A DNA stretch of 64,000 bases, taken from Eledone cirrhosa. Taxonomy: Eukaryota. The stretch lies in assembly GCA_964016885.1 (NCBI GenBank), contig OZ024741.1:291586001-291650000 (forward strand), written 5' to 3'. Shown in pieces: positions 1 through 13,964 of the stretch (positions within the stretch are counted from its first letter, which is position 1; the number at the start of each line of letters is the position of its first letter). The notes under the pieces are model-generated. The model did no database searches, had not been told where the DNA came from, and worked only from the letters and a program-made list of their open reading frames with translations. The position numbers were made by a program, and so were the translations under genes.

Positions 1-1348
1 TGATTGACAAAAGGTACCACAGTTCTGGTAATGAAAGACCGAACCAATGGTAATGATGTTACCAACTATAGACCTATCACATGTCTGTCCGTAATGTGGA
101 AACTGTTAACAAGCATTATGTCTGAGGAAATCTACCATCACCTCCACATAAACAACTTGTTACCGGACGAACAGAAAGGATGCAGTAAATTCCCGAGCTG
201 TGTCTATTATTAGGTACAGTGCGGGAATTCTGAGATGGAATGTTGCTGAACAAAAAGAAATGGATAGGAAGACTAGGAAGCTATTGAATATCTACATGTT
301 CCACAAGAGGAGTGATGTCGATAGATTCTACTTAAGGAGATCTGAAGGTGAAAGAGGTCTTATCAGCATAGAGGACTGTGTTCGGATGGAGAAAAACAAC
401 CTACACAAATACGTGATTGATAGTAGGGAGCCAATGCTCAGAATTGTACTGAAGGAGAGGACAATAGACCAGGGGATGTCCAAGGAGGAAATAACAAGGA
501 GAAAGAGTAACCTTCATGAAAAATCCCTTCATAGTACCGTCTTTGAGAAAACTGAATTTAGAGATCCACAGACATGGAACTGGTTGAAAAGAGGAGACCT
601 TAAAAAGGCTACAGAAGGAATGCTAATGGCTGCGCAAGAGCAGGCCCTCAAAACGAAGTGGCTGAAACACCATATTTACAAGGAAGAGGCTAGCCCACTA
701 TGTAAGATCTGTGGAGAGAGAGAGGAGACTGTGGCGCACATTGTATCCGAGTGTAAACACCTAGCCCAGACTCACTATAAAGGCTGGAGACATGATGTGA
801 TGGGCAGGGTGATCCACTGGCACCTATGCAAAGTAAACAATTTACCACATTCTGAAAAGTGGTATGAGCATAAACCAGAGTCGGTGATGGAAAGCGATCA
901 GGTGAAGGTGCTGTGGGATTTTAGGATACAGACGGACAAGAAACTGGAACACAATAGACCTGACCTGGTGGTTTTGGACAAGGGAAAAAGATCGTGCCTG
1001 ATTGTGGATGTAGCCTGTCCATTCGACACGAGAGTGCGAGAGAAGGAGAGGGAGAAAATTAACCGATACCAGGACTTAAAGTGGGAGGTAAAAAGGATTT
1101 GGAACTGCCATTAGCTCAAAGTGGCCCCGATTGTCAGAGGCGCACTAGGTACTATCTCAAAGAGTTTCCACGGATGGTTAAAGAAAATTGGTCCCACCCC
1201 ACTTTTTGGAACACTTCAAAAGGCATGCTTGCTGGGAACAGCAAGAACCCTCCGATACGTCCTGAATATCTGAGGCTGCAGGTAGTGGCTTGATATTCAT
1301 TTCAACAAACTTTCCAGTTAAATAACATCAATGACTGAGACTCAAAGA
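1..1348 (+). mobile_element. R4/Dong-type RLE non-LTR retrotransposon, copy 1 (starts at window edge, internal RT deletion)
   Basis: NYRPITCL (RT start), CCHC knuckle CKICGEREETVAHIVSEC, RHD, RLE motif HNRPDLVV..DVACP; 3' UTR ends in (TAA)n; most of RT missing relative to copy 2. Confidence 0.9.
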
Positions 1349-1350
1349 AC

Positions 1351-1385
<35 letters not shown>
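1349..1385. repeat. (TAA)n microsatellite, tail/target of Dong elements
   Basis: aataataat run between copies 1 and 2. Confidence 0.95.
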
Positions 1386-1387
<2 letters not shown>

Positions 1388-3383
1388 TGGAAACTGTTGA
1401 CGAGCATTGTGTCTGAGGAAATCTACCATCACCTCCACAGAAACAACTTGTTACCGGACGAACAGAAAGGATGCCGAAAGAAGTCACGTGGTACAAAGGA
1501 TCAGTTACTTATTGATAAGATGGTAATGGGGAATTGCAGGAGACACACTGATCTTGCGATGGGATGGATAGACTACAGAAAGGCATTTGACATGGTGCCT
1601 CATTCTTGGATCACCAAAAGCCTGGAGATCTTCAAGGTGGCAGATAACATCAGACAGTTTTTGGGCAAAAGTATGAGGTCCTGGGAAACAGAGTTGACAT
1701 CAACTGGAGAATCCTTGGGAAGCGTGAAGATCAAGAGAGGTATCTTCCAGGGAGATAGCCTGTCCCCTCTGTTGTTTGTCCTTGCCCTGATGCCCCTGAC
1801 CAGTGTACTGCGAAAAGTGAGAGCAGGATACAGGTTGGGAAAGGGAGGGCTTACAATCAGTCACCTCCTCTTCATGGACGATCTTAAGCTCTTCGGGAAG
1901 AGTGAGAAGGAGTTGGATGTGCTTGTTGACACTGTCCGTATTTTCAGTGATATATGTATGCAATTTGGTATTAGTAAGTGTGGAGTCATTGTGATGAGGA
2001 GGGGTAGGTTGAGCAGAAGTAACGGAATCCAGATACCAACAGGTGAGATGATAAAGGAAATTGACTCTGAGGAAGGATACAAGTATTTGGGCGTTCTGCA
2101 GGCTGATGGCATAAATAACAAAAAAATGAAGGAATTGTTAAGAACTGAGTACATTCGGAGAGTAAGGAGCGTATTGAAGTCACATCTGAACAGCAGAAAT
2201 GCCATGAGCGCAGTAAATTCCCGAGCTGTGTCTATTATTAGGTACAGTGCGGGAATTCTGAGATGGAATGTTGCTGAACAAAAAGAAATGGATAGGAAGA
2301 CTAGGAAGCTATTGACTATCTACAACATGTTCCACAAGAGGAGTGATGTCGATAGACTCTAGTTAAGGAAATCTGAGGGTGGAAGAGGTCTTATCAGCAT
2401 AGAGGACTGTGTTCAGATGGAGAAAAACAACCTACACAAATACGTGACTGATAGTAAGGAGCCAATGCTCAGAACTGTACTGAAGGAGGGGACAATAGGC
2501 CAGGGGATGTCCAAGGAGGAAATAACATCAAGGAGAAAGAGCAGCCTTCAGGAAAAATCCCTTCATAGTACCTTCTTTGAGTAAACTGAATTTAGAGATC
2601 CACAGACATGGAACTGGTTGAGAAGAGGAGACCTTAAAAAGGCTACAGAAGGAATATTAATGGCTGCGCAGGAGCAGGCCCTCAAAACGAAGTGGTTGAA
2701 ACACCATATTTACAAGGAGGAGGCTAGCCCACTGTGCAGGATCTGTGGAGAGAGAGAGGAGACTGTGGCTCACATTGTATCCGAGTGTAAACACCTAGCC
2801 CAGACCCACTATAAGGGCTGGAGACATGATGTGATGGGCAGGGTGATCCACTGGCACCTGTGCAAAGTAAACAATTTACCTCATTCTGAGAAATGGTATG
2901 AGCATAAGCCAGAGGCGTTGATAGAGAACGATCAGGTGAAGGTGCTGTGGGATTTTAGGATACAGACGGACAAGAAACTGGAACACAATAGACCTGACCT
3001 GGTGGTTGTGGACAAAGAAAAAAGATCGTGCCTGATTGTGGATGTGGCCTGCCCATTCGACACGAGAGTGCAAGAGAAGGAGAGGGAGAAAATTAACCGA
3101 TACCAGGACTTAAAGTGGGAGGTAAAAAGGATTTGGAACTGCCATGAAGTCAAAGTGATCCCGATTGTCATAGGCGCACTGGGGACTATCTCCAAAAGTT
3201 TCCAGGGATGGTTAAAGAAAATCGGCCCCTTCACGCTTTTTGGAACGCTTCAAAAGGCATGCTTGCTGGGAACAGCAAGAACCCTCCGATACGTCCTGAA
3301 TATCTGAGGCTGCAGGTAGTGGCTTGATATTCATTCCCACAAACTTTCCAGTTAACTAACATCAATGACTGAGACTGAAGGAG
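1384..3383 (+). mobile_element. R4/Dong-type RLE retrotransposon, copy 2, 5'-truncated, in-frame stops
   Basis: RT motifs [41 protein letters not shown] (1331-2362); Zn knuckle and RLE (2618-3307); same 3' UTR as copy 1; followed by (TAA)n. Confidence 0.93.
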
Positions 3384-3390
3384 TAATAAC

Positions 3391-3441
<51 letters not shown>
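3384..3441. repeat. (TAA)n microsatellite
   Basis: direct sequence. Confidence 0.95.
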
Positions 3442-3442
<1 letters not shown>

Positions 3443-4210
3443 TTTTCTTTATTAACCACAAGGGTTTACATAAAGTAGATATTAAGGACAGTACAGGACA
3501 ATACAGGACGGTACAAATGGGCATTTCTGCGTGTAAAAAAAAACAGAGGATGTAATAAAATAACAAAGAAAAATTCCCCAATAGGGGGGAGACTTCCGAG
3601 GGACATTTGTGGAGAAAGCCCATTAAAAGACCACAGTGACCCTGACCACCAGGGCAAGTGCCCTCTCCCAGTTTTCCACCTTTAATTTACAGACACATAC
3701 TCAGAGTAGGCCCATTCACTCGGGCCATACTTGCTTCTCTCACCCATCTTTCAACAAAATGCTGGGAAGAGAGCACTTCCCCCTCTACCCTGATTTTCCT
3801 TTTCAAATGAAATTTGAAAAAGTTAATCAGGGCATCACCGAAGAGGTAAGTGCTCGTCTTCAGCCCTTTCAAACGTGTCCACCATACTATCTCTTTCGCC
3901 ATGGCCACCAGACAGATAAAAACTGCCTGCCCTTCTCGGCTAAAGGAAGAGGGCGGGGCAATCCTCACGATGGACTCAGCTGATAGCTGGATCTGTCCTA
4001 CGCGTGACAGCAGGTGTTCGACATAAACCCACAAGTCAGCACTGCTCGGACACTGGACGAGTGCGTGAAAGACGGTTTCGTCGCCCAGCGCGCATCTCGA
4101 ACATGCTCGACTGACGGCACCTCCATGCCTGTAGAGTTTATCCCGAACTGGCAAAGCTCCCCGGTAGCTCTGCCAGGCCAGGGATTTCTGGAATTTGTCC
4201 ATAGGCCCCA
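3442..4210 (-). mobile_element. L1/Tx1-like LINE 3' fragment (zf-RVT-like domain plus 3' UTR)
   Basis: ORF 3687-4250: LAWQSYRGALPVRDKL...CSRCALGDETVFHALVQCP; AATAAA then (TTA)n tail on minus strand. Confidence 0.75.
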
Positions 4211-4226
4211 TAATAATAATAATAAT

Positions 4227-7200
4227 GACAAACAATTTAAAAAACAACAAAAAAAGAAAACTCCGTGACCAAGAAATACCGGGATGGCGGTCGGCGGGGA
4301 ATAGCCGTGTCTCTAGGGGAGGACGACGTCTCTAGCAGAGGACGACCCCTCTAGTCTTGGTTGACACTCGTCCTAGAAGTGGTAACACGAAATGATTACC
4401 GCTTGGCGGTTAAGGATAAAACGCGACAAAATAAAGTAAATGTCAAATGATAAAATCTCATACCGGATCGGCCGCACCCGGGTCAAAAATGGCCGCTTCC
4501 CTCAGAGAGGAACCAAACTAGGGTCGAAAAATCAGCTAATGGTTCAAACCTTCCCATCAATTCGGAGCTGGAGACGTCCCATAACCGTAATACTCCTACT
4601 GTTGGCCCTCCATACTCACCATCAAGAAATCCAAAGAAAAAGAGAGAAAAATTGTCAAGGGAAGACAATAAAGAAGTCCTTGAGGCTTTCTACACTGCCA
4701 TGTACTACCCAACAAATAGATCGAATACAGAACAGACATATATCAACTGGAAAAAGAAACATCCTGAAAACGGAGGCTATATTGACAGTAACAAACTAGC
4801 CAATATACGAAGAAATATTGTTAAAAAAAAGGTTACTAACTGATATAGAAATTGATCAGATCAAGCAATCAGCACAAAGTCAGCGAAGGGAAAATGAAAG
4901 ATGTGTCAGTGAAATCGAGATAAATTGTAACACTTCGAATCCCAGGGTTGGGGCGGAATCACTGACAGCAGAACAAATTAAAGAAAGGATCTAAAAAGTG
5001 GAGGGAGTGCATGCTCAAGATGAAACTCAAAATGAAAACAATGGGATCGTAAATGATAAAGAAATGAATGAGAATAAACTTGCCAACTTGAAGAATGAAA
5101 TTATGATCGAATGGATGAAAATGAAAGAATCTGATAGGGGGGGGCAAGACAATCTCCCTAAGATCCAGAACTCCAAACAGAACCAAAAGATAATACACAA
5201 GACTAACATAATTCTCAAAAACATTATCATCACAAACAAACTAAACATTACTGATTTAAATCATCTCTATTATGCATCGGCTAAAGTCACCACTCACTTA
5301 TGTGGAGTGAAAGTGAAAAAACAAAGGAATTACCACAAGAAACCTACTTGGCAAGAGAACATTAATCGCCAGATAAAACTTCTCCGATCTGGCAGAACTT
5401 TTAACAAACTACAAAGTAGGTGAACATGTTAAACAAACTAAACTTTGAAAATTGAAAAAAAAAATACAGTATAAAATCAACAAGTGACATAGACATGCTG
5501 ATAGAAATAATCAAGCAAGAAGTGTCGGCCAAAGCTGCTCGTATAAGACGCTTTGAAAAACGATCTAGATTCTATAAGGACAATAGTATGCTCATAAACA
5601 ACCAAAGAAACTTCTACAGAAAAAATTGGCAAGTCAACAATAACTGCTAAATCAATACCAACCAAGGAGGAAGTGCAAGAATTCTGGGAAAAGATCTGGG
5701 CCGAAGAAAAAGTTCATAATATACATGACCCATGGATAGACAGACAAATAAAAGATACAGCTCACCTTGAGGAACAAACACGGTAAAATATAACAGTTGA
5801 ACAGTTGCGTTTGGTTCTTAGAAAAACCAGCAAATGGAAATCCTCAGGAAAAGACAAAATACCAAATTTTTGGATAAATGCCTTCACAGAATTCTCATGA
5901 GCTGTTAGCCCAACTTTACAATGAAATAGTTAAAGAGCCAGAAAAGATACCATCATGGCTAGTTAACGGCATTACATTCCTACTTCCGAAGAATGATGAA
6001 ACAAACAATCCCCAAAATTACAGACCGATAACTTGCTTGACCACAATGTATAAAATGTTAACATCAGTCCTAACTGAATATACATATGATCACCTGATAA
6101 CAAAGAATCTATTTTCCAATGAGCAGAAAGGATGTAAACGAGGCTCATATGGCTGTAAAGATCAGCTTTTGGTTAACAAAATTATACTGGAAGACTGTCA
6201 TAATAGACACAAAAATCTATTAATTGCTTGGATAGATCAATTGCATTCGATAGTTTGCCACACAGTTGGATTGAAAAATGTTTAGAGATTTTCCAAATAT
6301 CTCCCGTTGTCAGGAGGTTCCTGTCATTCAGTATGAAGACATGGAAAACGACACTCCTTTTGAATAGTGAAAAGAAATCACTGGAAGCTGGAGAAGTTAA
6401 TATTAATTGTGGAATTTTTCAGGGTAACTCTTTATCACCGCTTTTATTCTGCATCGCACTTATACCAATAAGTAAAATGCTCAATGAAACAAAACATGGA
6501 TATAAAGTCTATGACAAAACCATTAATCACTTGTTCTACATGGATGGCCTGAAACTATTTGCAAAAGATGATGAAAAATTGCAAGGGCTATTATCCACTG
6601 TGAAGCAGTTCAGTGATGACATTAAAATGGAGTTTGGACTAGATAAATGCGCCAAAGCAACGTTCACGAGAGGAAAGTTGCTGAAAAGTTCAGACATTAA
6701 TCTTGATCGGGGGAATGTGATAAGAGAACTTGATCAAGAGGAAACTTACAAATATCTAGATGTTTGTGAAGGAAACGGAATCAAGCACTCGACAATGAGG
6801 GAAAGGACAAGGAAGGAATGTTACCGCAGAGTAAGAACAATCTTAAGAACGGAATTGAATGCAAGGAATAGGATCGATGCCATAAACACGCTTGCCATAC
6901 CAGTAGTAACCTTCAGTTACAATGTCATCAACTGGTCAAGCACAGAGATCTGTAGGCTCGATACAAAACTTAGAGAATTCTTAACCATGCACAGAATGCA
7001 TCACCCTAAGGCAGATACAGATAGAATATATCTCCCTAGGAAAGAAGGAGGACGTAGGTTAATCCAGTTAGACATTGCGTTGAAAACTGCAACAATTGGA
7101 TTATCTACATATCTAAGGGAATCACATGATTGGATGATCAAACTCGTTTTGAAACACGAAAGCATCAAAAGATCATACTCCATTAAGAAAGATGCACAAA

Positions 7201-8229
7201 GATACAGTAATGGACTACAAATTTCAGAAGTTCCATTTACTGCTGAAATGAAAAACACAGAAAAAGCAAGGCAGGTAAAAGTAACTGCAAAGAAAGAACT
7301 GCTATAGAAATTGGCTAAGAAATGACAAGAAAGCCTCTGTATGGAAAATACCCAGAAAGAGCTAACAATCCTGATGTTGACAACATTTTAACCCGTCAGT
7401 GGTTGGCATCCTCTGGACTGAAATCGGAGACTGAAGGACTAATTATATCAGCACAAGATCAGTCTCTGCCAACAAAAAATTACCATGCTAACATAATAAA
7501 AAATGGAAGCAACCCATTATGCCGTGTATGTAAAAACCAACCAGAAAAAATTGATCATATAATTTCAATGTGCAGTCCTATAGCTCCAACTGAATACCTA
7601 AACAGGCACGACAGAACTGCACAATAGATACATTGGATAATGTGTACACATTTTGACCTGCCCCATCAAAAGAATTGGTGGGAGCATCAACCACCTCCCG
7701 TACTTGAAAAAGATCACATCTCAATCTTGTGGAACTTTAGCATCCAAACAGACCGAAAAATAGATGCAAATAGACCTGATATAATATTGAAGGACTTTAA
7801 AAAGAGGGTATGCCTTCTAATTGATATGTCCGTTCCAATAGACAAGAATGTATCTATAAAAACATTTGAAAAATTGAGCAAGTATAAGTCCTGGAGATAG
7901 AAATTGGAAAAATGTGGAAATTGAGAGCTAAAACAATACCAGTGGTTGTAGGCGCTCTAGGAATGATACGTAAGGGGTCTAATGATTACTTATCGCAAAT
8001 CCCAGGAAATCCGCGTATAGGAGAAATACAAAAGATAGTACTAATGGGAACTGCCCATATACTAAGGAAGATTCTGTCAATATAAGTACATCACAAGTCT
8101 AAACACCGAAAGATGCATGTGTGTGTATGTATGTTCTTTCTTGAACATGGCGGACCTTGTTGTCTCTTGCGGTCACTGGGTGTGACTTGGTGATAACTCG
8201 TATGAACATAAAGCAAGATAAATGAAACT

Positions 8230-8230
<1 letters not shown>
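4227..8230 (+). mobile_element. Near full-length R4/Dong-type RLE retrotransposon of a second family, pseudogenised
   Basis: GC-rich 5' UTR, N-terminal ORF pieces, NYRPITCL, GIFQGNSLSPLLF, HLFYMDGLKL (YMDD decayed), CRVC..HIISMC, NRPDII; frameshifts and stops; (TAA)n on both sides. Confidence 0.9.
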
Positions 8231-8264
<34 letters not shown>

Positions 8265-8267
<3 letters not shown>

Positions 8268-8477
8268 TGTTTCTTATATAGGCACAAGGCCAGCAATTTG
8301 GGGGGAGGGGAAAGTAGATTAAATCGACCCAGTGCGTAACTGGTACTTTATTTCATCGACCCCGTAAGGATGAAAGGTAAAGTTAACCTCAGTGGGATTT
8401 GAACTCAGAATGGCAAGGGCCGTAACTCTATGCGCTAAAGCATGGTGTCCGAGCCTCTACCGATACTGCTAATCCAC
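8265..8477 (-). mobile_element. tRNA-derived SINE, family A
   Basis: Minus strand has A-box-like 5' end, B box GAGTTCAAATCC and central CCTTTCATCCTTACGGGGTCGAT..AGTACCAG (Nin/Deu-like domain); many copies in window. Confidence 0.85.
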
Positions 8478-8559
8478 AATAATAGTAGTATTAGTAGTAG
8501 TAACAATTGCAGTGATGAGGGGATAGAAGCGTAGATGTAGTCTACTAGTAGACACCATA

Positions 8560-8850
8560 ACATCAAATACAAAACGCAACCACATAACATCATCACAACC
8601 GGCCGCCCATCATTATATGTCACAACAAAATACCAACAGACCAAAACCCCAGCCTGTCTCAAACAACATCTTGAGCTACAACGAGGAATATGCACATAGG
8701 AAGGCCTCCAAAAGTAATTGCCACCTGCCAGCTAAATGCCCACTACGGATTAGTTATGTGGAGTCCAGTATGGTATACCTATGAACTATTAAGTCTGGCA
8801 ATCTGTCATGGTACTACATAGGTTCTTCGGCTGGTCACTTCAATATATAT
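8560..8850 (+). pseudogene. Degenerate PLE GIY-YIG fragment (Naiad-like)
   Basis: Manual translation near 8713-8840: NCHLPAKCPL..SSMVYL*TIKSGNLSWYYIGSS. Confidence 0.55.
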
Positions 8851-9013
8851 CAGCATAAAACCAGTTAAAAACTAGTTAAACCATTACTTAACAGAGTTAT
8901 CAATTCTTGGTGTAGTAGCGGAAGGGTATATTATAATGAGTCAGGTCCCGACGGATGGCTTCTTGTCGTATCAACAGCTTCTCCTCTCTCTCTCTCTCTC
9001 TCTCTCTCACTCT

Positions 9014-9057
<44 letters not shown>

Positions 9058-9059
9058 GT

Positions 9060-11142
9060 GAGGGTTTTTTTTACGAAATGAAAAAAAAAACGAGGTGTTC
9101 TACACGAGTGAAAGTATAAGGGAAATAGATGAAATCGAAAATGCAACTAGAGTCTTTTTTTTTAAAATATGTATTTATTTGGTTCCTTTACCGGTTTCGC
9201 AGTTCTTCTGCTTTTCAAAAGTAGAATTGAGATGTAGGGTTTGTGGTTGGTCTTTGAATGTTACTTCGGTTTTATATGGAAAAAAGTGGCTTGAAATGCT
9301 AGGTTTTTAGAGAAGTAATTTGGTTGGTTGGTGAATAAGTATAATAAATCTCGCGCTAGTTCGCGTTACAAAATTCTTATTATATTTGCCTTCAAACAAA
9401 GTGGGGAGGGGGCTCAGTTATTTTTTTTATATATCAGTGAAGTTTGGTTGGTTGATGCAATCACGTGAATAAGCACATCAGCTTTCGCGCCAGTTTGTGT
9501 TTGAATTTCTTTTTACTTAAAAAAAGGTGGCTCACGAAGGATTTTTTTAATAAATGTAATTTGATTGGTTATAAATGAAATTATGACTGTCACGTGAAGA
9601 AGTACATTAAAACTCGCGCCCGTATTTTGGAATTTTTTTGTAGCCATTTAGAGAATTTTGTGCCAAACAAAAGTTAATGGTCAAGAAAAAGGGATGGAGA
9701 GAGTTAGTCTGATTATGACTGACGTGCTGAAATGTAATTTGATTGGTTATAAATGAAATTATGACTGTCACGTGAACAAGTATATTACATTTTGCGCCCG
9801 TATTTGGGAATTTATTTTGTAGCCTTTTAGAGAATGTTGTGCCAAACAAAAGATAATGGTCAAGAAAAACGGGATGGGGAGAATTGTTCTGGTTCAGTGA
9901 ATATGGCTAGTGTGCTTGGGGTGTCAAAATTCAGAGGAACTGCTTCGCCAGCCGAAGCTCCTCTACACCTCACGCAGCGCTCCCTCCGTGCTACACCCAC
10001 ACATCTCTCCTCGCCGACCTCGATACTTGTATCCGAGCAGCAGCTGAGGAGATATGCAACGTCAAGTTTGACGACATTGGATGGCAACAGGCCACTTTAA
10101 AAACAGGGTTCTTCAAAACACAATAAAACCCTCTGTGTTCAGAGAACGTGAGGACGCATGTGAGACGTGGGACCGGCTGGGACTTATACCCGTATACGTC
10201 CCTCCTCCTTCTCCCCCTGTTGACGTTAAGTCCCCTCAAAGCACTTGGGATACCATCCAGTGAAGCCTGGCCTCAGACAGGCTCACGCGCCAGCTCGACC
10301 AGCACCGCCTTGCTTGCTTTCGTGCGGCCTCCAAACCCCACAGTGGTGCCTGGCTCCATTCCCTTGCCTCGTTCTCCACTGGCACGCAGCTAGACAACAA
10401 TAGCCCGCGCATCGGCGTTTCCTTGAGGCTCGGCCTCCGGATCTGCGAGCCATACCAATGTCGCTGCGGATCCACCGTGGACTCTATCGGCCTCCACCCG
10501 CTTTCCTGTCGACACAGTGCCGGCCGCCTTCCACGCCATGCTGCCCTCAATGAGGTCATAAAGCATGGCTTGGACGCTGCGGGCTTCCCTTCCCAGCTCG
10601 AGCCGGTGGGGCTGGACGGAGGGGACGGCAAAAGGCCAGATGGCATGGCCATCTTCCCGTTCCGCGGTGGCAAACCCCTCGCCTGGGATGCAACTTGCAC
10701 CGACACTTTCTGCAGCCGCATCCTGGTGCAGTCTGCCACTAACCCAGGTTCTGCTGCACGTCGGGTTGAGGAGGGAAAGCTCTTCAAATACCGGTCTCTC
10801 TCCGACAGGTTTGCGGTTGTACTCCTGGCAGTGGAGACTTCTGGTGTCCTCGGCCCCAGGGCAACCTCCCTACTCACCACCATAGGCGCTGAGCTGGCCA
10901 GCCGCAGGTGTGAGCCCCGCGAGTTGGAGTGGCTTTTCCAGCGCGTCTCACTTGCCGTCATCCGCGGGAACGCCTTCTCCATCCTGTCCGCCGGGGCTGT
11001 TTGTGTGTGTGTGGGGGGGGGGCTCCATCTCGTAACAATCCATATTTAGGTGTCCATAACACAAAACCTGTTTATTTAGTCTCTATCTATCGTCTTTCTA
11101 TTGAAATAAAAAAAGTAGAGATATGTATATTTATTTGTGTGC

Positions 11143-11189
<47 letters not shown>

Positions 11190-13964
11190 TGTGTGTGTGT
11201 GTAGGAAGATGATTATATTAGTAGAAATGGAGGAGGGAGTTGTATGTGTGTGTGTGGGGGTGGGGTGCTTATCATGTTAAGGTGTTAGAGTATTAACGTA
11301 TGTTAAGGTTTATTTAGTTCTGGTTTTTATTTTCTAAAGTAGGTGTTATGTGTGTGTGTATGTATGTGTCTGTTTGCATTGTTAGCATGTTATGGTGTTG
11401 ACATAATGTATATTAAACTATATTTAATGCTGGTCTATATTTTTGGTCATAAGTGTTGGTCATACTTCCAAGTATGCCATGGATAGCAGTACTTACAAGC
11501 AAATATCGGGGACTGCGATGGGTACAAAAGTCGCTCCAACTTATGCCAACTTAGTCATGGCATACTTGGAAGTCCAGATATATGAACAGTCCAAATCAAA
11601 ATACGGATTGAACTCCCACAAATATTTATCAGAAAATTGGAAACGCTACTTGGATGATTGTCTCATTCTTTGGTCTCACACACTCGACCAACTAAATGAT
11701 TTCAAAAACTTAATTAACGGCATCAATAACCACATCCAATTCACAATGGATTACAGCCAAGATCAAATCACATTTCTGGACATTTTAATCTTAAAAAAAG
11801 ACGCAAATATTGAAACTGACATACACTACAAACCAACAGATTCCAAACAATACCTGCTATTCACCTCTAACCATCCAAAGCACAAGAAGACGAACACCCC
11901 TTTTAACCTAGCAAGACGAATTTGCACAATTGTCTCTAATTATGAAACACAAAATAAAAGACTTCAAGAATTAAAAGAAATTCTACTCGAAAGACTGTAC
12001 CCACCGTTACTAATAAATAATGGAATAGAAAGGGCTAAAGCAATAGGCATTGATGAATTACGAAAACAGAAACAAATTCAAGGTACGTCCAATATTCTAT
12101 CATATATCTCAACACACAACCCAAGAATCCGAAAGCTTACAACACTATTCACAAGAACATCCTACTATTGAAACAAGACCCAAGAATGGAAAAAGCGCTT
12201 GAAACGCACAAATAATCAAAAGCAAAAGACAACCGAAATCACTAAAAACATTACTTACCAATGCCCAATTACCTACCACAAAGCCACAACCAACTGTCAA
12301 AAAATGTGGTCGCTCTAATTGTGGAACCTGCACTCACCTCATTGAAGGCAACAACTATACATTTCAATCAGGACGAAATTTTGCTGTAAAAAATCACTTC
12401 ACTTGCTCTTCAAAAAATCTACTTTATGCCATTAAATGAAAAGGATGCAATGAAGATTATATAGGACAAACTAAACTGGCACTCAGAAACAGAATGACAG
12501 TTCATCGCCAACCATTACGAGATCCAACCACGAGACAGATACCACTAAGTGCATATCTAGACATATGCGCAAGTAATAAGACACCCAAATTCCAAGTCTT
12601 CCCATTTTATCTTTGCGCTAACAATACAACAGAACAAATACGATTAAATAAGGAAAATATGTTTATTCAAAAATATAGACCAGCATTAAATATAGTTTAA
12701 TATACATTATGTCAACACCATAATATGCTAGCCATCCAAAACAGACACATACATACACACACACACATAACACCTTCTACTTTAGAAAATAAAAACCAGA
12801 ACTAAATAAACCTTAACATACGTTAATACTCTAACACCTTAACATGCTAACCACACACCCTACACACACATAACTCCCTCCCCCATTTCTACTAACGGAA
12901 TCATTTTCCTACACACACACAGACACACAAAAATATATATATTCTATCCATCTTAACATGCTAACCATACTCCCACACACACATACCCGCACACGCATAA
13001 CACCCATACACACACACACACACACACACACACAACTCCCTTCCCCGTTTCTACTAATAGAATCATTTTCCTACACACACACAAAAAATATATATATTCT
13101 CTCCATCTTAACATGCTAACCATACTCCCACACACACACATACACACACACACACGCTTAACACCCATACACACACTCATAACACGCATACACACACACA
13201 ACTCCCTCCCCCATTTCTACTAATAGAATCATCTTCCTACACACACACACACAAGCACACAAATAAACATACATATCTCTACTTACTTTATTTCAATAGA
13301 AAGTCTGAATTCTGACACCGCAGCTCTACACCGATATTCACTGAACCAGAACTGTTCTCCCCATCCCGTTTTTCTTGACCATTATCTTTTGTTTGGCACA
13401 AGATTCTCTAAATGGCTACAAGATAAATTCCCAAACACGGGCGCGATTTTAATGTACTTGTTCGCGTGTCAGTCACAATTTCATTTATAACCAATCAAAT
13501 TACATTTATAAAAAAATAAAGCCTTCGTGAGCCACCTTTTTTTAAATAAAAAGAAATTCAAACCCAAACTGGCACGAAAGCTGATGTGCTTATTCACGTG
13601 ACTGCATCAGCCAACCAAACTTCACTCATATATGAAAAAACAACCTGAGCCCCCCTCCCGCTCCCCACTTTGTTTGAATACAAATATAATAAGAACTTTG
13701 TAACGTGAACTGGCACGAAATTTATTATACTTATTCACCAACCAACCAAATTACTTCTCTAAAAACGTAGCATTTCGAGCCACTTTTTTCCATATAAAAC
13801 CGAAGTAACTTTCAAAGACCAACCAGATGTGAGAAAAACCACAAACCCTCCATCTCAATTCTACTTTTGAAAAGCAGAAGAACTGCGAAACCGGTAAAGG
13901 AATCAAATAAATATATATTTAAAAACAAAAAGACTCCAGTTGCATTTTCGATTTCATATATTTT

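Noticed and set aside
4262-4430. HDV-like ribozyme in the Dong 5' UTR
   Set aside because: Hairpins are present (gaccaaga/tcttggtt; agtggtaa/ttaccgct) but I could not assemble the P1/P1.1/P3/J4-2 topology
10236-10982. 248-aa minus-strand ORF
   Set aside because: Antisense shadow of the GC-rich CRE-like ORF
12437-12439. In-frame TGA at the CxxC cysteine of the PLE endonuclease (also 8782) as selenocysteine
   Set aside because: Sec-encoding PLEs are known, but these copies are frameshifted, a single TGC/TGT to TGA change explains it, and no SECIS was identified; needs a family consensus
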